This document shows positions 39,950-52,381 of a stretch of 64,000 bases of DNA, in pieces. The first letter of the stretch is position 1. Every line of letters starts with the position of its first letter. This DNA is from Fonticula alba ATCC 38817. Taxonomy: Eukaryota; Protista; Nucleariida. A program made the position numbers and the translations under genes. The DNA is taken from the NCBI GenBank assembly GCA_000388065.2, contig KB932201.1; one strand, written 5' to 3'. Below the pieces are notes generated by a model. The model worked only from the letters and a program-made list of their open reading frames with translations. It searched no databases and was not told the DNA's origin.

Positions 39950-42900
39950 CATTCAACACCGGCCAGGCACAAAGGTACATGGCAGCCCCATTCCGGAGAC
40001 GCACCGGACACGGTGATGATGTTGGCCGAGAAGTAATCCTGCAGGGCAACATCGCGGGCAAAGAGACGAGCAGCATCGCGCTCCCGCCGGGAGGCCCGGC
40101 GCCCGGACCAAACGTAGATATTGGCATCAAAGGCTCGGTACTGCGACGACTGGCTCCCGGCCGGCGGGACAGATGTGGCCGCGGCTGGCTGGGACTCGAT
40201 GATCAGCACGAAGGCGTCGCCCTCATTGAGGCGCGACACCGACAACTCGGGGATCAGCCGCGCGCGCACCACCGAATGGCCCTTCAGCGTGTAGAGGAAT
40301 GTGCGCTGCAGGGCGCAAAGTAATGCCGGGCGAGAGCGAAAAGGCCAACACCAGGGAGGAGGCACAGCGACCGGGGGTCAGCACGCCCGAGGCAAGGGAG
40401 GACGGCGAAAGGCAGCGGAGAGGCACATGAACAGCACACCATGAGGGAGGCAAAGGGGGCAAGGGGGAAAGGAAACGCACCGGCGCCGACACAGGCGGGA
40501 TGTAATCCTGGATGCGCTCGCGCAAGGACCGGAGGAAGTCCGAAGCCGCGTCGGCCCGCTGCTCGTGGGCTGACGCGGCGGCCGGCTCGGCCTCGGGGTC
40601 GGCGGCGTCCAGGCGAGCACGCTGCTCCCGGTGCGACAGGACCGACATGGCCCAGTTGGGCAATTCCCGCGCCGCGCCGGGGCCAGCACCGGCGGAACTC
40701 GGACTGACCGGCGACAGGGGGGGCGGCGTGTGCAATGCTGAGGCCATCGTATCGGGCCCGAGGAGGAGGCTGGCCCGAGCACCGGCAAGCAGGCGAATGG
40801 TGTGGCGACGATCACGAATGAGATCTTGATTCCGCAGACGGCTCACGTTCGGCGCCCCGGACGACGCCAGGGCACCCTCGAAGCTGACCGACGCGTCGAT
40901 GGCTTCCGCACTGCGGGGCGCTGCACTCTGGAGAATGGAATACCTGATGCTCTGCCGCGTGGCCACCGAGGTGGAGGTCGAAGTGGCCCTTGCCCGAGCG
41001 GCCGCCCCTGGCTGGGGGAGAACCAAATGCAAGGCATCCGACTCATCGCGCAGACGCCGCAGCAGCGCCACAACATCCGCCTGCAGGGATACCCCTGGGA
41101 CCACGACAAGCACCGAGGCCGGCAGGGGAGCCGCCGGTGACACCGGCGACACCGGCGACAGCGGACTGCCCGTGGAGGAAGTAGCCGCCGAGGCCGGGCC
41201 AATGTCAATGCGCACCACATGCACGATGTCCGGCCCCGGGCCTGCCGAGTCTTCGGAGGAGGTGGGCCGCAATGTGCGCACAGTCAAAGGGGTCACCTCG
41301 CGGAGACGTGTCACCGGGATGGATAGCAAGGGAGCGGTGGACCATTCGCCCGAACCGCGAAGCTGCACATGCTCCAATGACAAGTCCGTGCACAGAACCG
41401 CCGCCGTCTGGCGGGCCAGCAGCGGGGTGATATCCTCCTCGTCGCTGACCATGGCCAAAGGGGCGGCCAGCGAGTCGTCGCACAGGCGAACCGAAACCCC
41501 GGCCAGGAGCAGGCGTCGGACGCACGCCCGATCCAGCGAGCGACACGCCAGGTGGCGCTGCTGCACCAGCGAGCTACCCTGGGCGCTGTTTCGCAGAAGC
41601 TGAGATCAAAGCAGTGGGACAGCCCCCCATGCGTTAGGACAGGAAGAGACGCGAAGAACCGGGCAGGGGCACATGTCGTCGCTGACAAGGGCCGGGAAAA
41701 AAAAAAGGGGGACAGGCTTCGTACCAGCGAGTGGATGGTCTTCCAAGTGGTGGTGATCTGGCCGCCAACGCCGCCGGCGCCACGGGTAGCAGCCCGATAA
41801 GCGAGGATATCCTGCACCGGCAGGGGGAAGCGCCGCAAAGTGTGATTGGTCTCCAGTGCTGTCAGGAGCTTCTCGAACCCGAGCATGGTCGATCCATTGT
41901 TGTCGAGGGAGACGGATTGCAGGGTGGAGTTGTGCTTGAGAACTCTGCAGGGGGAAGATCATGGGTCGACAAAGGGACGGAGGTCAGGGTGCGAGAGGAA
42001 AAAGAAGAGGAGGCGGACAGATGGCAGAAGGTATGGGAATCAAGAGGAGAGAGAGAGAGATAGGGAGAGAGAGATAGGGAGAGAGAGATAGGGAGAGAGA
42101 GATAGGGAGAGAGAGATAGGGAGAGAGAGAAAGAAAGAGAGAAAGAGAGAAAGAGAGAAAGAGAGAAAGAGAGAAAGAGAGAAAGAGAGAAAGAGAGAAA
42201 GAGAGAAAGAGAGAAAGAGAAAAAGAGAGAAAGAGAGAAATAGAGAGAGAAGACGTACTCAACAAGGGCCACGAGAGCGGCATCCTCGCCAGCATGTCCA
42301 CTCAGATCTACCGCCCGCAGGCTCTGATTGAACCGCAGGGCGGGCAAGATGGCTTCGACGAGATCCTGACGCAGGCAACATGCCCCGGCCCGGCCAGATG
42401 ACTGGCCATAATCCCCGCGCATGGACAGCCGTTCGATGCATGGGCCTTGGGTGACGTCGGCGCTGGGGGCGGTGGCTGCGCCATCGCTCCGATCGCTGGC
42501 CACGCAACTCCGCAGCATCTGTGCAAAGAGTTGTGCCGGGCGGGAAACCGGCGCCGGGGGGCCGGCACCCGATCGAGACCCGCCAGTGCCCGGGCCAAAG
42601 CGCATGCGCCCATGCTCGCCGGGGCTGTGCGCCGCGCCAAAGCACCGGTCCATCACCAGCGATCGGAGGGATGACGACCCGGCCAGCAAGGAGGAGGCAA
42701 CCGCCTCGAGGCCGGCATTCCCAAGGAAGTTGTCACTAATGTCCAGGGCCACGATATTGTGCGAGATCAGGCCGAAAATCAACTCCGCGGTTTCGGCATT
42801 CAGGCCAACGTCGCGCAACACCAGGCACACATCCGCCAGGCAGGGATTGACCAAGAGATACCGGATGAACACCGGCAGGGAGTCCAGGGACAGAGGGTTG

Positions 42901-43773
42901 TGGCTCATGTCGAGGTACTGCGCGACACACCGCGGGGATCCCACCAAGATGAAGCGGGGGGCGAGGGGGGGGGGGGNNNNNNNNNNNNNNNNNNNNNNNN
43001 NNNNNNNNNNNNNNNNNNNNNGGGCAGACGCACCTTCAAATTTTCGCAATGCTGGATAATGTCCGACAGGGGCTTTAGGCAGGAGGTTTCATTCTCGGAA
43101 ATGTCCAGATACTTGAGACTCCGAGCGCAGCCCTTGGAGAAGTCCTCTGTCCAGAGGGGGTGCGAGCCGGGGCGCGAGATCCCAGGAAGGAGGGAGGGAA
43201 GGGAAGGTCAGGGGAGGGGGGGGGGGATAAGCGAAGGCCCGCCAAGCCTGATGGACGAGCCGAAGCAGAAGCACCACAGAAGGATGGGAGGGGAGAGGGA
43301 AGAAGAAAAGAGCCCATCCAAGAAAAAAAAGCCAGCTCACGCACCGACGACATATTCCAGCTTCAGGCGGGTGCGAGCAATGTCCAGGCGCTCGAGGTTG
43401 ACCGCGGCACGGAGGACCGGCGACAGGGCCGACAGCACGTAGCGGTCCAGGCGAATGGACCGAAGCTCCAGTCGGGTCAGATTGGCCGGCTGCAGGAGCA
43501 GCAACGATCGACACAGGGCGGCCATTCCCCGACCGCGGGGATTGGTCACCGACTCGGAGATGGCCAGCCCCCGGAGGCTGATGCCGCATGTGAGCAGGTA
43601 GTCCGCCAGGGAGGTGAGCGCTCGGTCGCAGAGGAGGTTGCCGCTGAGATCCAGCGAGTGGAGCTCGCTGGCCGTGGGACCATCTGCCGGGGAGACCCGC
43701 GCAGATGTGGAGCTTGGCGAGAAGAAAGTCATCGAGGAGGAGGGAGACATCCCGACGGCCGCGGCGACACCGC

Positions 43774-43804
<31 letters not shown>

Positions 43805-46024
43805 GCCAGAGGCGATTGCCACCGAGGAGCCGGCCCCATCGACCGCCGGGTGCAAGAGACGCGCCCGGCCAGCCAACAGTTCCACCGGATCGACGGTCAG
43901 TCCCACGCGCGACGCCTCGATGTAGGCGAAGGGGGTCCGATCTCCAAGAGCCATGAGCTGTGCCAGGGCGTCCAGCGCCAGGGGCGACAAGGGCAGGTAG
44001 GCGGCGTGCGCTTTCTCACGGGCCGTCGCCCCATTGAGGCCGCTGCCACTGCTGCTGCCCAGAGCACGGTGCCGCCGGGTGCGCAAAGGCAACGCCGGCA
44101 GCGGAGCCCCGGGCGAGGAGGTGGCCTCCTCGGCGGCGAGTGCGGTCGGATTCTGGTGGTCCGGCGAGGCGACCCCCTCCGACCCGTCCGAGGAAAGAAT
44201 CCCCGGACTGAAGGAGGACGCCATGGCCAGGGTCCGGCTGGCACCGAGGGCCAAAGCAACGATCGACGCCCCGAGCCCCTCGAAGCTGGTGCTGTCGCTG
44301 GTGGTGGCGGACGAGCTGACAGCCGGGCCGCCGGCCGCGCCAGCCGCGGCCAGGAAATCCAACCGGGTATTGAGCGGATCAAATTGCGACCGGGGAACCT
44401 GGCCCCCCTGGGCGTGGATCGCCGCGAGATGCAACTCCGGCGAGGGGTCCGGCCCGAAGGTCAAGCTGCTCCAGCGTCGCGAGTAGGCCAGCGACCAGAG
44501 CAGCGCCGCCATGTGGTCGTGCACCGTGTCCAAATCCAAATCCGGCCGCCAAAAGCGCCCCATGCGGAAGGTGCCCCGCAGGAGGGGATGCCCATGGGCG
44601 GAGGAAAGCTTCCCCGGCACCTCGGACCCATCCAGGTAGCTGGCGGAGTCGGCCTGGGCCGCGTGGTGCGCGAGCTCGGCTGCAGCCAGGGCCGCTTCCT
44701 CGGCCGCCAGGGTTCCCAAAACCAAAAGGTGCGACTGCAGCGGCGTCAGGGCCTTGGGAAAGCGGAAGCACGACGCCCGGTAGGAAAGGGCGAAATCCGC
44801 CGGATCGCCATGGGGAAGATGCGCCTTGAGAACGGCGAGGCTGTTTGCGAAAGGGAGGCAAAAGCAAAGCAGGTAAGAAGACCGGCGGCGGAAGGACGTC
44901 GGGCGATTGGGGGGGGGGGAGGGGGGGGAGGGTGGAGAGGAAGGGCAGAGCGAAGCGCATGACGAACCGATCGGGTGGCGTCACCTCCAGCGAGAAGGGA
45001 AGTCTCGGGGAGGAGGGGTACACGGCGTAGAAGCGCTCCAGCAACACTCGGATGAAGGGGTCACACATGCCCGGGGAAAACCGGATGAAGACATGCAGGG
45101 TAGTCTGGGAAGCGGGAACGCTGCCACCCCCGGCAGGCAGTTCGACGCCATTGATGCTGGTGCCGGGAGGGGCATCCGGTCCGGCAGGAGGAGCATCGGC
45201 AGCGCCGGATCCGGCCGCCGGATCCGGGTCCTCGTCACCCTGACGGCGTGAGAGGGTCTCGGCGGCAATGGACGAGTCGAAGGGGGACTGGCATTCGAGG
45301 ATCAGCTCGTTGGGGGACGCCTCGGAATTGACAATCGCCACGTCAAGGAGGTGAATCTGGTGGAAGATCTACGCCGAACATGCATGTGTGAGCAAATGGA
45401 AGGGGCTCGAGGTTTGTCGTTGTTTGTTTGTTTGTTTGTTTTTTGCCTGGTGTGTGCGTGTGCGTGGCGCGCTCCGGTGGGAGAGCCCTGACAAGCTGGA
45501 GAGAGGGCACGGGCGCTCGTGCGGGGGCGTACTTTCGTGGAGTCGGCGAAAAAGATGTTGAAGTCATCAATCAACACCAGGCCCGAGGACACCGCGGCGA
45601 AGGTGCCGGGGATGGTGCTGCTGCACTGCCCGGCCATCGGGGCACGCCCCCCTTGCAGAGCCTGGGCCACCATGGAAAAGGACCCGGGCGAGCCGATCAA
45701 ACGCTGACACTTGAACTCCACCGATGGGTCGGAGAAGTATTCGACGGTGCCGCGCTTTTCGAGCTCCTGCTTCAGGAGGTCTGCGAGGCGTGAGGCGTTA
45801 GCTTGAGACATGGCGCACGGGGGGGGGGGGGCAAGAAGAAAGGAGGGGCGCGCGAACAGGCCAGAGTGAGCGAGGCGCGCGAGGAAAGGTGGAGAGCGAG
45901 ACGCACCCTCAGCCGAAGCGGAGGGGGCCCCGGTGGCAGCGCGTGCGGGTTGATTCCAAATGGCCAGCTTCGTGACCAGACGGTCAACCCGAGACGAGGA
46001 GACGGAAGGCGAGGCGGCGGCCAT
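36545..46024 (-). CDS. CARMIL-type PH+LRR fused to five gelsolin repeats and a villin headpiece, 2432 aa, 14 exons
   Basis: Exons 46024-45907, 45801-45533, 45368-45022, 44840-43345, 43146-43034, 42917-42259, 41944-41725, 41599-40481, 40305-40005, 39794-39138, 38992-38604, 38470-38408, 38259-37420, 37252-36545 = 7299 nt; all GT-AG with matching phases. RI-type LRRs end in LDNNGSTMLGFEKLLTALETNHTLRRFPLPVQD...LLRN. Gelsolin motifs include LNEGDAFVL..IYVWSG and LNSRDCFIL..VVWAG. Headpiece FARLPDWIRTNLK. Confidence 0.85.
42046..42250. repeat. Purine-rich minisatellite/microsatellite in intron 6 of the CARMIL-villin gene
   Basis: About five copies of a 14-nt GAGAGATAGGGAGA unit followed by tandem GAGAAAGA units. 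Confidence 0.85.
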
Positions 46025-48179
46025 GGCTGATGGGAGCCCGGCGCACGCCGACCGGGGGAGGGCGGGGGGGAGGGGGGGGGGGGGGGGGGGGGGGACGAGC
46101 CGAGGGCCAACCGTCGGCTTGAGATTGAGGAGAGGCTGGCAAAAGGCACAAGGGGCAGGAGGCGTCAAGACGGAAGGGGAACAGGGGGCAGAGGAGGGGC
46201 AAGTGCTTGCTGGTCCCCGGGCGCCGGTGCGCCGGGCCGAACAAGCCGCCCATCAAGGGCCTCCGAGGGGGGGGGGGGACTGAGGCGAAACACGAAGCCA
46301 AAGGGGCGTGAAAATTCCTCTATGCGCCCGACCATCAAATTCAGGGGAGGAGGGGGGCGAGGCACGATCGACCGTGTCAGCAGGGGAACACAGCCAAGGG
46401 GCTGGTTTTCCTCCACCCCACCCCTTGGCGGGTACGTCTGAGGGCGCTCTGTTCGCTCTCTGGAGGGGGCGGCCTACCCCCCGGTGCCTCCCGGCAAAGA
46501 TGATCTAGCGGGGCCCGGTTTCCGGGCGGGGAGCGGGCGGAGGGGAGGGGGGGGGAACACTCAGCGAACACGCAGACTCCTGCGTTGTCGGGCAGGGTCC
46601 GCCGAAGACTCCTCGGTCAGATGCGGGGCCGGGACAGGGGGGCAGGCGCGCCCAGAAGGAACCCTTACGAAGCAAGGCCATTACTGGTCCACACACACAC
46701 TCGCACACACACACGCCGGCCCTGGGGCGCCCACAGGGGCGTCCCTCTGCCAAGCAGCGTTGGCGCCGTTTGCCTGGCTGGGGGGTCTCGAGCGCGTTCT
46801 CTGCTGGCGCCCCACACACAGGACCAAGTGCAAGGCAAGGGGCAACAGCATCCCCACATTCACGGACACACCAACCGAGACACGGACTCACGAGCATACG
46901 CACACACGTACACACATGTACGCGTACACACATATACGCGTACAGACGTACACATGTACACACGTACACACACACACACATACACATGTACACGTACACA
47001 CATACACACGCAGAGGCCCAAGCAATGGCGTCCATCGGCCAGGCCGATCAGCATCGCGTGTGGCATCTCATGCCTGTGCGCAGGAGGGGGACGGGGGGGG
47101 GGGGGGGGGGGGCACCAGTATCCTCTCCCAGCCCGCCCGCCCCCCGCCCTCCTGTGAGAAGGGGGCCACGGTGCACCCCCAGCCTTCGGCATCCTCATTT
47201 CCCCCACCCCTCCCCCCTCGCCGAGCGATGCGAGCCACACGAAAGACAAATGTGTACACACTAACTTGAGCATTGTTCTGCCCTCCCCGCTCCCCTGACC
47301 CATGCCTGGCCCTCCTGGGCACCCCCGCCCCTCTTGGCCCAGGCGGGGTCTTCCCGGGCACCTCCCTCGCCCCTCCGTTGTCGCCACACCGAGCTGGGGC
47401 AGGCGACGGCGCGAATGGTTCCGGCAAGGCGCGCGGGGTCGAGGCACGAAGCTCGGGCCGGGCGAGAGCCCACGGAAGGCGCACGAGCCCCTTGTTGGCA
47501 CAAAGTGGCGTGTGTCCTACTCACCTGATCATATGTTGGTCGATTGGACGGCGGTGTGATCGGCCAGACACGCGCTTCCCATTCCATCCAGAGGTCGCCC
47601 GAGGCCGGCCGCGGCCCTTTTTCTTCCCGTGCAAGAACCATTTCCGCCGGTCCCCCTCTCTCCCCCAGGTCTCTCTCCCCAGGGGGTGGCGTCCTCCTGA
47701 ATAACAAATTCAACCGCGCCCACCAGGGGGACCAAGGGCAGGGCGTCCGCGAAGCATCCGGGACATCCGGGGGGTGGTAAGCGCCGGGGGCGGGCTCATG
47801 TAAGATCCGGCGCGAGCGGGCGCCCCTTTTTTAGACCAAGCTCCTAGCCCCTGGTGGGCCCTCGGCACCCCGGGCCCAGCCCCAGCCCGCGCAGGCCGGC
47901 CCAGTGTAAGCCCGCGAGCGCAGGAGCGCCCGCGCGTGCGCACGCGCGCACGCGCGATGGAAATCAGGATCGGGTCCGGGGCATACCCTCGCTGGGCCTC
48001 CGGCATATCGGCACTTTTCGGGACCCAGTGGCCTCTCCCCCTGCCCCCCGGTGTGGGGCCCCAAAAGCTCCCTACATCCCCCTCTCCCCCCCATTTCCGG
48101 CTGCATCCCCCTGCCCGCCTCTTCCTTTGCCTCTCCCCCTCCTCCCATCCTCCCCTCTCGTCAAACACATTCACACACC

Positions 48180-51100
48180 ATGGAGGACAACCCTGCCGAT
48201 GAGTACCGCGTAGAACCGCGGCCCGATGACGCGGCCATCGACCGTGTCCCCTCCGCCGGATCACTGCCGGTGGAGGATGGCGAGGGCGAGGACCCCGACA
48301 CCGGATCGGTGCCCGAGTCCCCGGACGCCGAGCTCGACCCGAATGCCAGTCTCCGCCAGCGGATTCGCGAGATCATGATCAATTCCGAGCTCTCTGAAAC
48401 CGAGAAGGCCCGGCGTGTGCAGGTCCGCGATGCCTCCCGCGCATCTGCTTCGCTCCCCCTTTTGCACTTGGCGGCGACTAACACGGGGAAATCCCCCCCC
48501 CCCCAAACCCCAGGCCCTCTTTACTACCGGCCATGTGTATGGCGACGAGTCCCCTGGCGAAGACGTCCCCGACACTGTGTCGTGTGACGACGTCAATGAC
48601 CAGGACCCCGAAGCCCCGTCTGCTTGCCTGAAGAAGGCCACCACCGTGCCTCAGCCGCTGGTTCTCAGCCATTACCAGGTGCGTGCCCGGCCGGCATTTC
48701 TCCCCGCCTGGCAGGTGTCCTCCTGTTCCACACGCGCACTTGTAGTGTCCTGTGCTTTTCCCTCCCCCGGTCGCGTCCCCCCTCCCCCCCCCCTTCCCCA
48801 CGCGTGCTCACATTGATGGAATCTCCCCCTGCTCATCCAACCCTGGCCACGGTAGGATGGCACGATGTTTCCCTTCCCCCAAAGTGGCCCGGCTGATGGG
48901 GTGTCTCCGGCGATCCCTGCCGGCACGCATCTCGGCTGCCGGCACTACCAGTCGAGCGTCCTCCTGCTGGTGAACTGCTGCAACTCCTGGTTCCCATGTC
49001 GCCTGTGCCATGACGACACGGACATCCAGCAGCACTTCCGCGCGACCGCTGCCAAGTTCGCCCGGCAAGCTGGCCGGCCCGAGCCCCCGCAGCTCATCTG
49101 CCCGGAGACTGTCGACCGGTACAGCATCACCACCATGTGCTGCACTCGCTGTGGAACGGTCCAGCCGGTTGGCCAGCACTGCACCGCCTGCGACACGGAC
49201 ATCTCGGATTACTATTGCGACGTGTGCCATCTCTTCCAGACTGGGGCCAAGCGCAGCATCTTCCATTGTGAACACTGCCGGATCTGTCGGATTTCCGATG
49301 GCCAGAGCTTCCACTGCTTCGACTGCGGTGTCTGCATCGACTATCAGGGGAAAGATGACCACCTGTACGTGCTCGATGTCCTTCCTCCCGGTCCTTGCTC
49401 CGGTGCCTCTCCTCGACATGCGGGAGGGGGGCTCTGATTTTCCCACCTCCTCCTCCTGTGTTTGACTAACTGCCCGTCTCGGGCACATGTGGGGCCCCCC
49501 TTGTGATGGGTGCAGGTGTGTCAAAAATCTGCTGGACCACCACTGCCCCATCTGCAATGAGTACCTGGCACATTCGATTGCCAATTCCTGCATTTTGGTG
49601 CGCAATCCCCCATCCATACGCGCCCGCCCTCTCTCTGACTTGGTCCACGGCCTGTTGCCCCTCCCTTTGACTTTGCCTCTCTCTCTCTCTCTCCGTGTCT
49701 CTGACCCCTTGACCTCCGTACCTTTCAGCCCTGCCACCATCCCATCCACACGGAGTGTCTAAACTCCATGCTTGGCAACAATATCTACCAGTGCCCGATT
49801 TGCAAGGCCACCTGCGTGGTGCGTCTCCTTTGATTCGATCGTGTCTCCCTTCTCGGCAGCCAACTCTCCGCCGGTGCCGCTCTCGCTCACCCTTCGTCCT
49901 TCTCTCTCTCCCTCCCTCCCTTCTCCTCCCCCTCCGCCCTGCTACAGGACATGTCTATTGAGTGGCTTCGGCGCGATTTGCTGCACTTCTTCCTTCGCTT
50001 CCCGACCGATCTCCGCAGCTGGAAGGTTCTGGTTGGCTGTAATGACTGCAAGAAAAAGTATGCATTTGGTCTTTTCTCCCATGGCGGCGGTGGCGATGAT
50101 GATGATGTTGTTGTTTTTGTGACCCATTGACTTACCCCGGCCTTCCTCCCCCCCCCCCCCCCCCCAGGACTGTCACCTTCTATTCGCACTTTCCCCGCTG
50201 TGGACACTGCCCCTCATACAATGTCAGCGAACTGATGGCCCATCGGGAGGCCGATGTTCCGGAGCCGGATTGGTGTGATCCCGGCGAGCGCGGCCTCTCC
50301 GCCGAGGGAGTGGCATATCGCTTTGGCGACCCGGTCATCGAAAAGCGCCTGGATGATCTCTACGACAAACGCACCCCGGATCAGCGTCTGGCCACCATTC
50401 AGTTCGGTGACATGCTCACCAGCATGACCGCCCAGTCGATATCGGTCAGCGTGCGCGCTCAGCTCGAAGGCGGCGATGGCTCCGCTCCATTGGACTTCCT
50501 CAGTGCCCTGAGTTCCTTGGCCGGTCAGGATGAAGATCATGACCACGACCACGACCATGACCATGACCATGACCACGACCACGACCATGACTATGACCAC
50601 GACCACGACCATGACTATGACCATGACCACGATCACGACCACGACCACGACCATGATTTTAGTCAGGATGAGGACAGCGAAGCTGCCACCATGTCCGATG
50701 AGGATGGTCACGAATTCACCGATGCCCTTGAGGAAGATGCGGCCCTGATGCCGGGTGCCCGAATCTCGGCGGCCCCCTCCTCGGCCAGGTCGGATGTGTC
50801 ATCCGGGGAGAGCCTGGTCCTCGTGGAGAATGAAGTCCGCTCCGAATCAGGGTCTCTCCCCCCGGCGGGTGGTGACCAGGACTTTGTCATCTTGTCCCCG
50901 CCCCCCGAGTTGGCCATTGAGTCGGCGGCCAGTGAGTCCTCATCGGAGGCACTGGTCCCTGATGCAGGACAACAGGAGCCGGCACATGCTGACCATGACA
51001 CCGATGAGGAGAGCCACTCGCCATCGCGCCACTCCGCCGCCGCGTTGGTCCCCGAGCTGGCTGGCGATTTGTACGAGTCCTCCCTGACGGCGGACCAGCT

Positions 51101-51323
51101 TTCGGACGCCATCGATCGAATCCGCAAGGAGATTGCCGACGAGGATGACGATGAGCACTCCGTCATTGTGGAGACACTGCGGCTGATCAAGCTGGCTGAG
51201 GCCGGCGAGGTTCTGCCCCACACACCCTGCGGGCCGCCATCCAAGGTCATTGAGAAGATGCTGGTTCTCTACCCGGCCATCCACATTCTCTTCCGCCAGC
51301 GCCTGACCAACCGGCGGCCTTGA
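48180..51323 (+). CDS. RCHY1: CHY zinc finger / RING-H2 E3 ligase (Pirh2-like) with long acidic C-terminal extension, 784 aa
   Basis: Exons 48180-48422, 48514-48678, 48856-49364, 49516-49597, 49729-49818, 49948-50057, 50168-51323 (2355 nt). CHY GCRHY..CCNSWFPCRLCHDD; CTCHY YYCDVCHLF..FHCEHCRICR; RING CPICNEYL..PCHHPIHTECL..CPICK; zinc ribbon CNDCKK..CGHCPSYN. Confidence 0.92.
50535..50657 (+). repeat. Coding (Asp-His)n tandem repeat, about 20 units
   Basis: GAC/GAT-CAC/CAT hexamers in frame: DHDHDHDHDHDHDHDHDYDHDHDHDYDHDHDHDHDHDHD. Confidence 0.95.
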
Positions 51324-51433
51324 AGCAAGGGCGGCCCCTCTGGTGGGTATAGCCATCACTGGCTGGGGGAATAGACTGCATCTGCGCATGCGTGCACAGG
51401 GAATACCCCCAGCCCGCCCTCCTCCTCCCCCCT

Positions 51434-51478
<45 letters not shown>

Positions 51479-51615
51479 CACATATATATGTATCCATGCA
51501 TATACACCTGCACCCAGACACGTACGCACACACGCTTCTTGCAAACCGAGCACAATGCCGGAGGGAATCTATATTACAAGGAGGAGAAGGGAATGCTGAA
51601 GGGGTGCGGGGTGGA

Positions 51616-51879
51616 TTAGTCGGATGTAGCAGCGGCAGCGGGGGTCACATGGCTGTCAGAGGTGGCGGCCACCGCCGCGGCAGCCGCAGCCTCCTGGTCA
51701 AGCTGGTCCATGATCCCCTGGATCTTGGCCATCTCCTCCTCCTGCTTCTTGGAAGCGTCGAACATGGATCCGACCAGGAAGGACCCGAAGAACATACTTC
51801 CGGCGAAGGTGGCAAACTGGCGGGTCTTCACCCAGTCCATGTTGGCAATCTTCCGGCTGGCATTGTTGGCGGCGGTCAT
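51616..51879 (-). CDS. 87-aa single-TM protein, possibly F1Fo ATP synthase subunit e (Atp21/Tim11-like)
   Basis: ATG-initiated ORF with strong G/C third-position bias. One hydrophobic segment FATFAGSMFFGSFLVGSMF followed by a charged coiled-coil SKKQEEEMAKIQGIMDQLDQE. Family call is by recalled register only. Confidence 0.6.
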   Translation of the reverse strand: MTAANNASRKIANMDWVKTRQFATFAGSMFFGSFLVGSMFDASKKQEEEMAKIQGIMDQLDQEAAAAAAVAATSDSHVTPAAAATSD

Positions 51880-52381
51880 GCTTGCGGTGCTGAAGCGGAA
51901 AGGAGGTGGACAGGCTGCAAGGCGCAGAGGAGGGGTGGGCAGCAGGGGGCAAAGAGAGGGAGAGAGAGAGGGGGAACGAAGGGGAGGAGATGGTGGTCGA
52001 GATGGTGGTACATCCTGCCTGCGGCGGGCTCTGGCTGCCCGTCATCCCCCTTTTGAGGCGGAGAAAGTTGCCCTCCCAATACACGGCACCCATCTTCAGC
52101 ATCCCCACCCTCGAGGGTGTGAAGGGCCCGAAGGCGCGGCGGAATGGACTGTCCTCCGCCCCCCCCCCCCCCGGCCGGGCCGCGCCCACCACGCCTGCAG
52201 CACCAAAGCCCCACGCATCGGCACCCTGAGAAGGGGCAGTTGCTATATCACGTGCATGTGAAGTGTATTTAGGTTGGGAGTATGAATCTCGACGTTCGGC
52301 GGGCGAGGGGCGAGGGGCGAGGGGCGAGGGGCGAGGGGGGGGGGGGGGGGCGGGGTGGGGTGGGGTGCAGCGAGCCCACAA

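Noticed and set aside
40612-40641. LSHREQRAR as a CPI motif in the CARMIL-villin linker
   Set aside because: Lacks the conserved Thr, the Arg is one position early, and there is no downstream RRxP.
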